Positions 38,288 to 50,031 of a DNA stretch of 64,000 nucleotides are shown here, one piece after another. Position 1 is the first letter of the stretch; each line of letters begins with the position of its first letter. The stretch covers positions 373,956 to 437,955 of the forward strand of contig NW_004797398.1 of assembly GCF_000002075.1 (NCBI RefSeq), in the 5' to 3' direction. This DNA comes from Aplysia californica (lineage: Eukaryota). The notes beneath the pieces were generated by a model that was not told where the DNA came from, did not search any database, and saw only the letters and a list, made by a program, of their open reading frames with translations. The position numbers were made by a program, and so were the translations under genes.

Positions 38288-40184
38288 TAGGCTGTGTCAG
38301 CCCTCAGAAGTAGGTAGAGTAGAGTTAGCAGAGAGTGTTGGTGGTAAGGAAGGTCTCTGCTACACTACGACTACATACACAGCTAGCTGTCGAACCTGCG
38401 TTAACAGAAGCCTGTCATAAAATGGAACCTCCTCACCCCCCTCCTTGATTTGATCAAAATTCCTCTGCCCGGACAGTACTGTTGATCTAGAATCTAGAAT
38501 CTAGAAGTCTAGGCTAGTCCTATACTCTATATTACTTTCATACAGAAACATGCTCAATCTGTAAACTGAAGCAGAATGGCATGGGAAGTTCCTTCCCTTG
38601 GCAATGGAGGGTTTCGACTGTTACTAACAACTGTAATAATGTGCAGTGCTGGTACGAATTGGAAGATCAGTTTGGTTCGGCTAGGTTTCTGGCGGCTTGT
38701 TCAGTGCTCACTACGAATACTGAAATAGATCTAGATCTAGACCTCAAACCTGCTCACGGCCTGCGTTTGTTTTTGAAGGTCATTATTGTTGGTTTCTTTC
38801 TTTTTTTTTGTTGCTTTACCACAATGGTAGCTTTTGCCTCTCCTTGGAGGAAAATCTGGCTAGCTCGGACAACCAATACGAACCAAAGCAAATCGGTCCT
38901 ACCAATGGGCACATAGACAGAAAATGTGGAGTTGCTGAATGAAAGAAAAGGCAGAAAAAATGATTTTTCAACTCTGCCCTGATTTGAAACAAAAGCTCCA
39001 AGTCTGGTTCCACTGTGTTTTATTTTATAAAACTAAAAGAGTGGCGTGCCAGATCAGTGCACAGTTCAGAAACCTTCACTTTCCTGGGTAGCCAGAGGTG
39101 TGAAATTAATTTTACCAAGCTGCCTTACTGCCTGCCACCCTGATCATACAGCCTGCTAAGAATAAAGTTCTTGGTATCGTTGCTACATGCAGGGAAGGAT
39201 CTGGCATTGGTTGATTCTGCTTACAGTACAGAGATGGGTGGGGCTACGGGGGGAAACAATGGAGACCGTTCAAACATAAAATTTATGTTTTTTACTGGTT
39301 AAACGGTGGTAATTTTCATTTATTTAATATATGAGATGCAGCTACTGGTGACAATTATAATGTAAGATTAAGATTAACACACTATTTTATTATCAGAGGA
39401 GAGGTTAGGACACTAGGGTGATGTGAAATAATGACCACACAACTACTTGCATACCGGACGGGCAACCCCTGATCCTACCATGTTTGGGCTGGCCCTCTGG
39501 AACCCCCCCTCTCCCCCGTAAATTATTCCCCTCTTCAAGATGGAAAATTTCTAAGATGGTTTTTTTTTTTCTAGCTCCCCTGTAATTTCATCCTGGAGAA
39601 GTTTGACTGTATGTATTTGTATAGGACTCCTTTCCTAGTTCAAATTATTAATTAAGTTTTATATAAACAATTGACCTTACGTTTTTTACCTTGAAAATTT
39701 ATTGAATTTTGTAGAATCTGAAATTTTATCAGCGCACATGTTTGAGATTTGACAACATTTTTTGTTCTTAATCTGACTGACTCCGCCCTTTGCTTTGCCT
39801 TTTTAAGATATTTTATATTCTGTGTGTATATGATGCATTTGTGGTGTGGAACACTAAGTTAAAACTAGTGAGTGTGTAGTAATAAAGGGTATAGAATGTG
39901 TTCTATGTACAGTTATAAACTTTATAAATTTAAATGTATTTACTCATTACTCTAAGTTGTTACAATTGTCCAAAGCTCACCACTTACACAAAATCCCTGT
40001 TCTAGAGACAACAGAGCAGGTTATGCCATGCTCTGAAGTGCCTGCTGCAAGCAGTTTACTGACAGCTAATAATGTTCTGGTGTGAATTGCTTTCTTTTTT
40101 CTTTCAATTTCCAGCTTTTTTTTCTCCTTCTAGTCTCTGACTGAGAGTACACTTGATTAAATTAATGAAACAAGTCTACAAGTA

Positions 40185-40356
40185 CAGTCGACTCCTCTTG
40201 GGTTGAACTCGCTAGTTGATCTTTGGTTAAGTTGATCTTTTTCTCGGGTCCCAGAGCCTCTTCTCCTTTATAGATCCCAACAGTTCAAGGTGAACTTTAG
40301 ATGAGTTGATCTTTTTTTCACTCCCCCAATGACATCAACTCATTCGTAGTTGACTG
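40185..40356. mobile_element. Short Tigger-type MITE; inverted sister copy at 20240-20390
   Basis: TA|CAGTCGACT..AGTTGACTG|TA with repeated AGTTGATCTTT. Confidence 0.75.
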
Positions 40357-40487
40357 TACAACCTTGCCTTGTGTTGTCGTGACTAAGATCAAAGAAAAGA
40401 ACATTGTGCAATTTTTACTGTTTGATTTTGCCCAGGTTGTAACGAAAGGAATCCAGTATCTTAACCAGCGAGGATTAAAAACTGAAA

Positions 40488-43400
40488 ATGGACAGAACAC
40501 CTCAACAGATCGTCAAGAACAAAGACCTTCCTGGCAACAAGGTGACCTAAAGCTGTTTGTGGCTGTGCAAAGATATCTTATGGAATGTGCCACAGTTATA
40601 ATTTACATGACTTTGTTCATATGTCATATATGGATAAGTTATTGTGTATTTCAAGCACAGTGGAGTCTGCAAACTGAACATGGTTAATCTGAAAACAATG
40701 TGGTAAACCAAGAAAATGGAATCCCTGATTTTCTTCATTTTGACCTTTGATAGAAAAAAAAACTATCAGTTAGTGGAAATATTCCTGTTTGTGAGCCTGA
40801 AAAAATTTAGATAATATGAATTTATAACAATAGATTGTGTGGCTGTTCAGTTGATTAAAAGCAAAATAACAGTGCTGAAGAGAAAACGCAAGGAACAATG
40901 TGCACAGCTTGCAACTCAAATTCCAATTACCTCTAAGAGGTGTGAGAAAAAACTGTCAAAAAGTAAAATTTGCTTCAAACATGGCATTCCCATCTCTACA
41001 TTGTTGACAATCATCACACTTTGAGTGACCTCTCTTATCCAAAAACGTGGCCAAACCACAGAAAATCCAGCTGTACCTTAGATTTTATACCATCGTGGCA
41101 CAAACCGAACATTACTTTTGTCTAAATATAATTTGATTTTTTAAAAAATTGGCACTTCGAAATTAAAAAGACTTTACCTAGTATAATTAATGTCTCAAGT
41201 GTATGCTTATTGGGCAACTAATGACAAAATTTCTTTTGTACTGACATCCCAAATAGTAATTTCTTATTATTGACCACCTTTCCTCCCCACACACACACAC
41301 ACCACCACCACCATATTTGACTGAGTGAGTAAAATAACTTTTGGATGTAATGTAATGCTGATGAAGGCTCCAGGTGAGTGTTAATTCTCATGGTTTTAAG
41401 AAATAATTTCCCCTCCCTCTAGCCTCTCGTGACTAAATATACACCAATGTCTACTGCATTTTCACAGATGAGCTCCAGTTTAAGGGAAAGGTTGAAAAAA
41501 TGCGGGCGCTATCATCCTGGAACCCCTACTTCCATCCACTCACCGCAGACTTCACAGTTTAAGACTGAAACTGCAATTTTAAATAACTGCATGAACTCGC
41601 CAACAGCTGAGTTCACTCCTTCTAAGGATGTGCTTCAAAAGAATCATCTGTTGTCAGCAGTTGAGGGTGATACCAACTTCAGGTTGCCTTCTAAATTAAA
41701 GACATTAAAACCAATCAAATTTGAAGACAGGATAAAATCTGTAGATCAGACAATTGATGGAAATTCAAAAACGCAATATAGTGACAGTTGTGATGTGGGT
41801 ACTTCTACGCATGTGTTGACTGATGATCTGAGCAAGAAAGTCTCTACAGACACCTCGTCAGACTCTAATTGCATTGACCCTTCAACTAGTGTGCCCCAGT
41901 CCCATTCAGATGTTGTTGAGGGGGATCATTTACAGTCGGACCCCTCTTGTCAATCTGAAGACATGGAGGAACTTTTAGCAGTGAAAAAGACGTTGCAGTC
42001 CGATCTCTTGAAGCAAGAAGAATGCCTGAGAAAGCTAAAGATGGTCAAAATGTACAGAGAAAAGGTTGAGTAAACACGTCAGAGTTCCTTTTATCCTGAT
42101 TTAGAAGTGAAGACTTTACCGTTGTAGGATTTTAATTTTTCATTTTGTTTAATAGTCGTATAAGTACACTATTCATTGTTTTCTCTAAGAAAATGTGGGT
42201 GGCTAGAAGCATTACTGATATGTATAGCTTTGTCCATTTCATTTACTCCATGTCAGCTTATTATATCTAGCATTGTATGACCTTCATTTGATAAAGGTGT
42301 CAAGTGCTAACTTTCTGTGTTGTGAGTGGTTGGTGAGCACTCTGGTTAAGTATTATCCTTTTACTTCTTCTCAACTTCTTTTGTCCTAAATTGTTCCTTT
42401 CAAAGTACAGATAATTAGAGGATACCATTAGTATGTGCTGCTTCTTTCCTTTTCCTGTTCCGAACTGTCTGTCTATCCTGCTTTTACCTCCTTTGTTTGG
42501 TTCTCATCATGTCAGTATGTGCTTTTTTAACTCAAACTAAAACTGTTGAATTGTGGCAGTTATCGTTGAAATTCAGTTACAGTTACTCTGTGGTGTTTCT
42601 TTGTTACAGCTGCGGAATAACTGATGACAGTGGCACTTGCTACTCAGAATTCTTGAGTTTTTTCATCTCTCTCAAGTTACTCTTTGATAATGCAACTGAT
42701 TGTTTTCTTGTCTCCTTATGTTCTACTCTCAAATGAAAGCAAGATATGCCATTTCTGCTCAGTCATATGAGAGATGTTTTACTCAGGTTTAGAGGAAAAT
42801 GTATGGCAAAGTGGAGTAGATTACAAGTTATTGGACTATTCTTCAGTATTTTGATATGATAATTCTCTGTCCTGCAGTGCCTCTACAAGTACTAGTGTTA
42901 ACAATAGCTTCCTCAATGCAAACATACCAAGTAATATACTAGACCCTTCCCTTTACCCTGCTATTTCAAAATGCTTGGCTAAGGGGCAACATATTCCTTC
43001 ATATATTACTAATATTAGGGATAACACTGCAGTGAGGTTTCAGCTATTTCTTACAACTTACAGGTACAGTACAGGAAACGGTGACCTTTGATCATTGTCA
43101 CCTGTGAAAACATAGCTACGGAATTATAGATTACTTTACTATTTTACTTTTGCGCCTCCCAAAATGACTCCCAATGTCCTGTTGTAGGAGGTAATATTAT
43201 TGATAATATGTGTCACAACATGATGGAATCAGGCGCTCGTCAATTTTTGGGGGTATTGAGTGATAAATATCATCTTAAAGTTAAAACTTATTCATTTGTC
43301 TTGCTTTCAATGAAAAAATTACCCATCTAGTTTCAACACAAGTGGAGATATTTTGGATTGAAAAAGGTGGGGATAGATTCTCCTCTTATCTGGTTTTAGA

Positions 43401-44148
43401 GGTAAAATTAGTGAGAAAATGGCAACCAAAGCTTGGTAATTTCCAAAGTTGGAGAGTCCATGGAAACTGTAAATCTACATGTTTGTGCCTTTAATCAACA
43501 TTTTTCTCTTAAAAAAACCTCACCGGAATTTGTTTCTAAATGAACATAAAAGGTGTTGAGCCAAAAAACAAAAATTTGATAAATATTGCCAAGCGGGAAG
43601 AAAAATGCTGTTTTCATCTCTTTCATTATTTTGACGAGCGCCTGATTTGACCACAATGCCTCACATATGTGTGACTCATGTTTCAGCACTTCTAACTACT
43701 GTAGAGTAGATTTGAATTTTTTAAATTTTCAATAAAATGATACTTTGAAAACGATTTCAATTGAACATGACATGTTCCCGTTCTAAAAAATTGTTCACAA
43801 AATACGCAAACTTCCCATCACAGACGTGCTTTACAATACAACTATGATTTCTTTTTTTGTCATTGCAAATGTTGTGGTTCTGAAAGTTGGATTGTTTTTC
43901 TCCTTGTTTACTCATTTCAATGTTTCTCCTCTCGTATGTTACATTCTTGTCTTTCTTCTTTACTCCAGAATAATTTGACAGAATTGCAGAAGCTCATCGA
44001 CACATGGAGAGATGTATCTCAAAGGGCATTGACTGATTTGCTGGAGCTGCAGCCACCGCCCCAGCCTCACATGAGTGATCTGATCAGCCACCTTCAAATA
44101 GATCCAGAGTTTATCGGATACAATAAGGAGGAAGAAGGGTTCTCATGA
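40488..44148 (+). CDS. SFR1: Swi5-dependent recombination DNA repair protein 1 homolog (SFR1/Mei5), about 291 aa
   Basis: Coding exons 40488-40541 (MDRTPQ..GNK; phase-0 donor AAG|GTGACC, less certain), 41423-42064 and 43969-44148. Family motifs MSSSLRERLKK, EECLRKLKMVKMYREK|NNLTELQKLIDTWRDVSQRAL and IGYNKEEEGF at the C-terminus. A likely non-coding first exon ends at 37923 (AAT|GTAAGC) and splices to the acceptor at 40436. Confidence 0.9.
40875..41025 (+). mobile_element. Tigger/CENP-B N-terminal HTH remnant
   Basis: KRKRK..SKSKICFKHGIPISTLLTII resembles the CENP-B_N helix-turn-helix. Confidence 0.5.
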
Positions 44149-44532
44149 GAATTTAGGAATGGCTACGGAGTGTGTTCTTTACTGTGAAATAGAATCTGTG
44201 ACATTTATAATGAGTGAGCACACTCGGAGTAAGGTTATACCTTTACATTTGTTGTTATTTTGCCTGTGATGAATTACAACATTCTTGAAATTTTCACTTA
44301 AGAGTGTTCAGTGTTTTATTTATTTTCGAGAAACAGTATTTTCACCATAATTATCCATGGATGTGGAGATTCCCATTGATGTGTGAAAGTTAGTTGTTTT
44401 TTTATAGTTAGAATTCTGTAGAGAGGCCTGTATAAATTGGTAGCTATAGATTTTATTTTTTATCACAGTTTCTGTTCCTGGTTTTGAAGTAGAATGAAAT
44501 TGAAAGTAATACAAGGTCACTAGTAGTACAGC

Positions 44533-44760
44533 TTGTCTGCCATACTTTGCTGGGCTGGCAACTTTGTAAGAATGCCTGATTTCAGAATTTCAAAGACAGT
44601 GCTTTATTCTTTGCTATTTTCAGCTTTGGGCGACAAAAAATTGCTGCAAAGATACCGTACAATGTCCTTGGAGGACTTAAATATAATAAATCCCTTGACA
44701 TGGGTGAGAATAGCTCCTGACAGACTCTTTTGGGTTTTGGAGAGCAGCAGTCACAGTTGA
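44533..44760 (+). mobile_element. Decayed RTE LINE C-terminal fragment
   Basis: WAGNFVRMPDFRISKTVLY..INPLTWVRIAPDRLFW matches the RTE WAGHVxRM..DR..W signature. Confidence 0.7.
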
Positions 44761-47042
44761 CAGCAAGTCATTAGAGTTATGAGCCTCTCGAATTAAAAGT
44801 TCTGAAGCCAAGAGAGAAGCCCTAAGCTTTGTGCAATTGCGAGTGGAAGTGAAGCTTATGCTCAAAATGTAGCAAACTCTTTTCAGCCAACATTGGATAA
44901 GATTGTTATCTTGACCCTCATTAAATTCTTCTATTTTGCTTCTGAATCGTCTACAGATTGGTTGTTGTCAGAAACTGGCAGACAAACTACAGTCTAGCAT
45001 GCACACAGGAAAGATGTACACAAACAAGCACACAGCGAGCATTTTCCGGGTTCTGATTTTTTTCTTATTCCTGTATATCTGTCCCTGTCGTTTTATGCAA
45101 GAAAAATTCTGCAAACTGAGCCCAAAAATGTGAAATTATGCGATTTTGTTAATTTTAACAAAGAATGATAAAGGAAAATAATAGCGAAATTTGTAAACAT
45201 AACTAAAAGATTTCTGGGTCCCCACCAATTTCACTATGTGCTTGCTAGATTGTACATGTATTAACAGTTCTTATGAACATTAAAGTTTGAATTTTTCATA
45301 ATGGGAAAGTTACAAGGCTGATTATTTATTTTTTTCTTGAGACAGTAGGTGAACTGTGGAGATTTGCTATACATAACATTGAAATAATTGTAGAGGTGAG
45401 TGTGCAGTGAAAAAGATAAAAACTCAAGCACTCTTACTGGTAGGCCTACTCATAGTCATAGTACAATAGCTTGCAGAAGTCACACTCGTGCTGCTCATGT
45501 GTCCCTTTAGAGAAATTCAAAAGTTTTGGGGCTTTTTCTTATTGTCTCTGTCGGAGTTTAATGTAATGCTATTTTCAACACAATGCAGCAATGATGTCGC
45601 CTAGCTAAGTTGCTCACACATACTACATGTACTGCACTGTGCAGGCAGCCTTGAAAGGAATTCCTTCTAACACTAAGGTTCTTTTATTTAATACTGTTTT
45701 TAAGTTTAAGAGTTAATGACTCCAGTCTTCGTACTGCTACTGATTGAAGTCTCTTTAGGCCATTCTCAAAGGGGGGATATAAACATGTTCTTATGCACAG
45801 TAGAATTGTAAATGGGCTGATTTAGCAATGTCACGCTCATACTGTGCCGGAACAGCGTGGGGGAACTGCTACTTTTTCTTTCCTCATCCTTATATACTAT
45901 CGTCATTTTCCCTCTACTTTTGTACGATTGTCACTCTCTTGTGAACTGCTATTACCGGAGTGCCTTGATAGTCGAAGCAGAATTTGTGCTGTTGAGGCTA
46001 AAGAAGTGAGCAGATTAAGCCTGATTCCCCATTATGACTTCCCTGTTGACATCCACCCCTTGTCACTCAATTCACTCATATGACCTTATGCAGTTGCAAG
46101 GGCAGTAAAACCTTACTAAAACAAAATCTAAAGAGTCTGCGTACTGGCGTCTGTGGTGTTGTGCAGTTAAATACTTTGCTGTCTCATGCAAATGTTGCAT
46201 TTGTATCCCTCTCGGTCCAGGTTGGCCCTGACAGACAGGGTGGGATGCCACCTCTCAAATGATCTAATTGTGTTAATGGGGGCCTAAAAAACACCTACAG
46301 GCTCCATTTGTGGTTTATAAATAAATAATAAATAATTTGCACCTATTGAAAGTAGTGGATAGCAAACTGGGAGTGGGAATCCCGCCTTTTTTCTATCTAA
46401 AACTCGTGTCATGTTTCAAACAGAACCGAATGAAGAGACAAGAAAAGCTGTCCCGAAGTACCACTCACCACACTCACAGTAATACCTCGTTATACAGTGG
46501 AACTCGGATTCAACGAAGTCGTCGGGCTTAGCCTTAAATTTCGTTGAATCTGAGTGTTTGATAGCAAACATGAGGTTTTGGTGTAGATAATTATAGGCAT
46601 CAATCAAGTAACGTATCATGCATTCGACTTTCTCAACCAAAAGTAACTGTGTTTCAAATGAGAGGCATTTTCGTTTCTCTGATACTGAAGAAATGCATAA
46701 GGGAAACTGCTGCTTTTTCTTTCCTCAGCCTTACTATATGATGTATCGTCAATTTTCCTCTACTTCTGTTGAATGTTTGTCTCTCTCTTGGGAACTGCTA
46801 TTCCCGGGGTGCCTTGATAGTCGAAGCAGGCTTTCTGCTACAGTAGAACATGGCTATAGCGAGACTTTTGGTTCCAGAAGAAAATTCCGCTGCCTGTTTG
46901 AACCCTACCTGGTCTACAGCCCCCACCCGCATTCCCCTTCCCACCAGCTGGAGCTCGCTCGTTCTCTCCCGCTGTATCCTAGTCAAGTTCGGGCCTTTCC
47001 TTGTCACACTGGTGAAAATCATTCACGTTCTTGGTGCCAATT

Positions 47043-47210
47043 AATCTGTCCCCGTCGTTTTATGCAACCCGCATAATTTAGCGAAATTTGGTCATTTTTT
47101 CCATTCTTTGCTAAAAGTAACACACTAACAGAATCGCATAATTTCTCATTTTTGGGTTCAGTTTGCAGAATTTCGGAATTAATTCTTGCATAAAACGACG
47201 GGGTCAGATT
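47043..47210. mobile_element. Short MITE; related fragment at 45077-45195
   Basis: TIR AATCTGTCCCCGTCGTTTTATGCAA / TTGCATAAAACGACGGGGTCAGATT. Confidence 0.75.
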
Positions 47211-47301
47211 AATACCGGTACATGTAGTTCCAAGACCGACAAATATTCTTCAGTCGGGTATTATTTACAAGATTGATAAGGTTGGATCCTGTGCACTTTG
47301 A

Positions 47302-47480
47302 NNNNNNNNNNNNNNNNNNNNNNNNNNNNNNNNNNNNNNNNNNNNNNNNNNNNNNNNNNNNNNNNNNNNNNNNNNNNNNNNNNNNNNNNNNNNNNNNNNN
47401 NNNNNNNNNNNNNNNNNNNNNNNNNNNNNNNNNNNNNNNNNNNNNNNNNNNNNNNNNNNNNNNNNNNNNNNNNNNNNNNN
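47302..47480. other. Assembly gap (179 N)
   Basis: Run of N. Confidence 1.
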
Positions 47481-47861
47481 GATGCAGCCTTGGCACCCAT
47501 ACTATCTTCAGTGGCCTCCGGATAATTTGAGCTTGAGACCACTGGCCCCCTCCTGAGCTACGATATTATTGGCCTACAACAAGAGTTTGAACTAAGGCTG
47601 GCCATTATAATGTAATAATGGAATGACAATTTTGAGACACTTTCATCATTATCTGGTGATTTCAATTAGCTCAATTCATGCCCGACATCGTAATGAGTTT
47701 GATGGGGGGGTTTTTTCAATGAATTTTCATGGCCCAGCCTGTTCTCTATCATCGGAACTGTAGGGCCTCGTGCTCAATGAAATTGAGAGAGGCGTATCAC
47801 TATAATAAGCATTAAAAGGAGCCAAGGCTCGCAGTTGCAAATCTGTTACATGTATTCTGCC

Positions 47862-47894
47862 CACAGAATTCTACACTTAGTGTAGATTTCTGTG
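47862..47894. mobile_element. 33-bp remnant of the same family (16+1+16) with 8-bp TSD
   Basis: CACAGAATTCTACACT-T-AGTGTAGATTTCTGTG flanked by ATTCTGCC at 47854-47861 and 47895-47902. Confidence 0.8.
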
Positions 47895-49519
47895 ATTCTG
47901 CCCTTCTTTCTTTCTTACTGTAGTATTTTTTTGTTTCCATTTAATAGTTAATTTATTTATTTGTTTTTAGTATGTTATCTAGGCCTATTTACTTATATCT
48001 ATATTTTTGTAAAATAACATTTACCGGTAATTAATTTTAAAATTAAAAAACAAAATTATTTACTTTTATTTTAATTAATTAATTAATTTATTAGGAAGGG
48101 GGGGGGGGGGGGTCCACGATTGCCGGATAGCAATAAAAGCGAACTCAGTTTTCGGCACTTGTATAATTGGAGGTTGCAATAGCTGATCATCAGAAACTGC
48201 GAATTGGACCCATATCTTCAAGAAAACTCGTTTTAAAAGCGAATCATTATGATATTGCTATTACTGATTGTTTTTCTTTTGTTTTCATTTCACCCTTTAT
48301 TGCAGGATAAGAGTGTGTACAGTAATGAGTTGTTTATTTAGGCCTACGTGTATTTTTTTAATTTTTCTCCTTTCTTTTTCTTATGTTTTTGTTTATGGTG
48401 ATATAATATGTCAGCGCTTTGGCATGTTCGCTGGCTTTAGTTATTGAAGCACTCTTACAGTTAGAAAGCAATAACACTCTTCCAATTGACAACTTTGTAA
48501 AATATAAAGGATTCAGAAAAAACTATTGGTTCTCTTAGGTTTAGTTTCAGTCTTCATGCGAACGTGTCACTAGACAATTTTAACATGCCTAGTTAATGGA
48601 GCTGATAGAGCATTCTATTCAGCTACCCTGAGAAGCTGCATTCATTCATATTCTAATTTATAGGCCCCTCACATGCATTTTATGAACCTTAAATTTTAAC
48701 CTCTTCTTGGAAACGTATTTTATATTATAGAGACCGGTGAAGAAAATCTGATTGTAATTTTATAGGCTATACTGAGACAAAGTGCAGAAGGCGTATGTTT
48801 TGGCAATAGGCATAAGGATCAGTTGTTGTATGGCCTTTATAGATTATAGACTAATCCTTGGGTAGCCTGCTAAGATGTTAGGAAGAGTTGTTAGTTTTAG
48901 TTTACTCTCACTGTGCTGTGATTTAGTATAAAGTTAAAGTGATAGCCTACAAAACATATTAGTACATGTATTAGGTTCTTTATTTTCGTCTGGCTGTATT
49001 TAAAAAAGTCTAGCTCATTGAGGAATTTACCTATGCCCACGAAACTTTGCTTGGCACATCTGTAGGCCAGCAACCAAACAAAAATATATCTTTAAAAAAT
49101 CTTGACCCAGTAATAAAAACGTTTTTCTCTTTGGGCAGTATATAAAACCCCTCTAAGGATGCATACACAGGATCACTAACTTGCGTCGCGTGCAACAAGA
49201 TTACTTTTTATTTTTACGTTAATTCGAATCGACCTATTAATGCTGGGTTTGAGCTAAAATAGGGTATTGAAATGATTAGGGCTAATTTCAAAAGGTATCT
49301 CAACGTTTTCTGCGAATTATAAAACTTGTGCATACTTTTTTTTTCTTTTTTTTTATATCCGAATCTGAAATTCTGAACCATCCATCCAGGTTTAGATATC
49401 TCGTATGGACCATTATGTCAATGTACTCGTTTTAGAATTTGCTGGAGCTCTTTTTAGTTGAAGGTGAGGCTATCAAAACAGTAAAACACCAACGAAAGCA
49501 TTTCCGGGATTGATTAATC

Positions 49520-49970
49520 ATGGCTGACCCAAAATATGCTAATCTCCCTGGGATTGTAAGTTAATGTCTGTTTTTTACGCTTCTATCATTATTTTACTCT
49601 AAAGGTGGATGGAATTGAAAGAGTCGCTTGTTTTTAATGTATTAGATTCTATGTCTTTAAGGAAGAAAAGACGGAGTTGAGCCATATCATTGCTGTAACT
49701 CCACCAACCTGGCTAAACCGACTTAACGTTGTTTGCGGCATTTGCAGCCCAACTCGGTGGTGTTGTCTGCTGATTATTTTCTCGCTTGCTGGTTTCTTCC
49801 TAACCTCACAACACACTGCACTATCACCGGTTGTATTTATCTAATCTGGATTTCCCAATAAAAGCTATTGGTGTGGGGGAATCTTAAGTTGGTTTGATAA
49901 TGAATACTGGGTATCAGAGTGGGAATCATCAGGGTGATGGATGAATCATCCAGTAGTCAGGGCCAGGAGG

Positions 49971-50031
<61 letters not shown>

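Noticed and set aside
38326-38362. TAGCAGAGA..TCTCTGCTA short inverted repeat as another P-type footprint
   Set aside because: No 8-bp TSD on its flanks and a different terminus.
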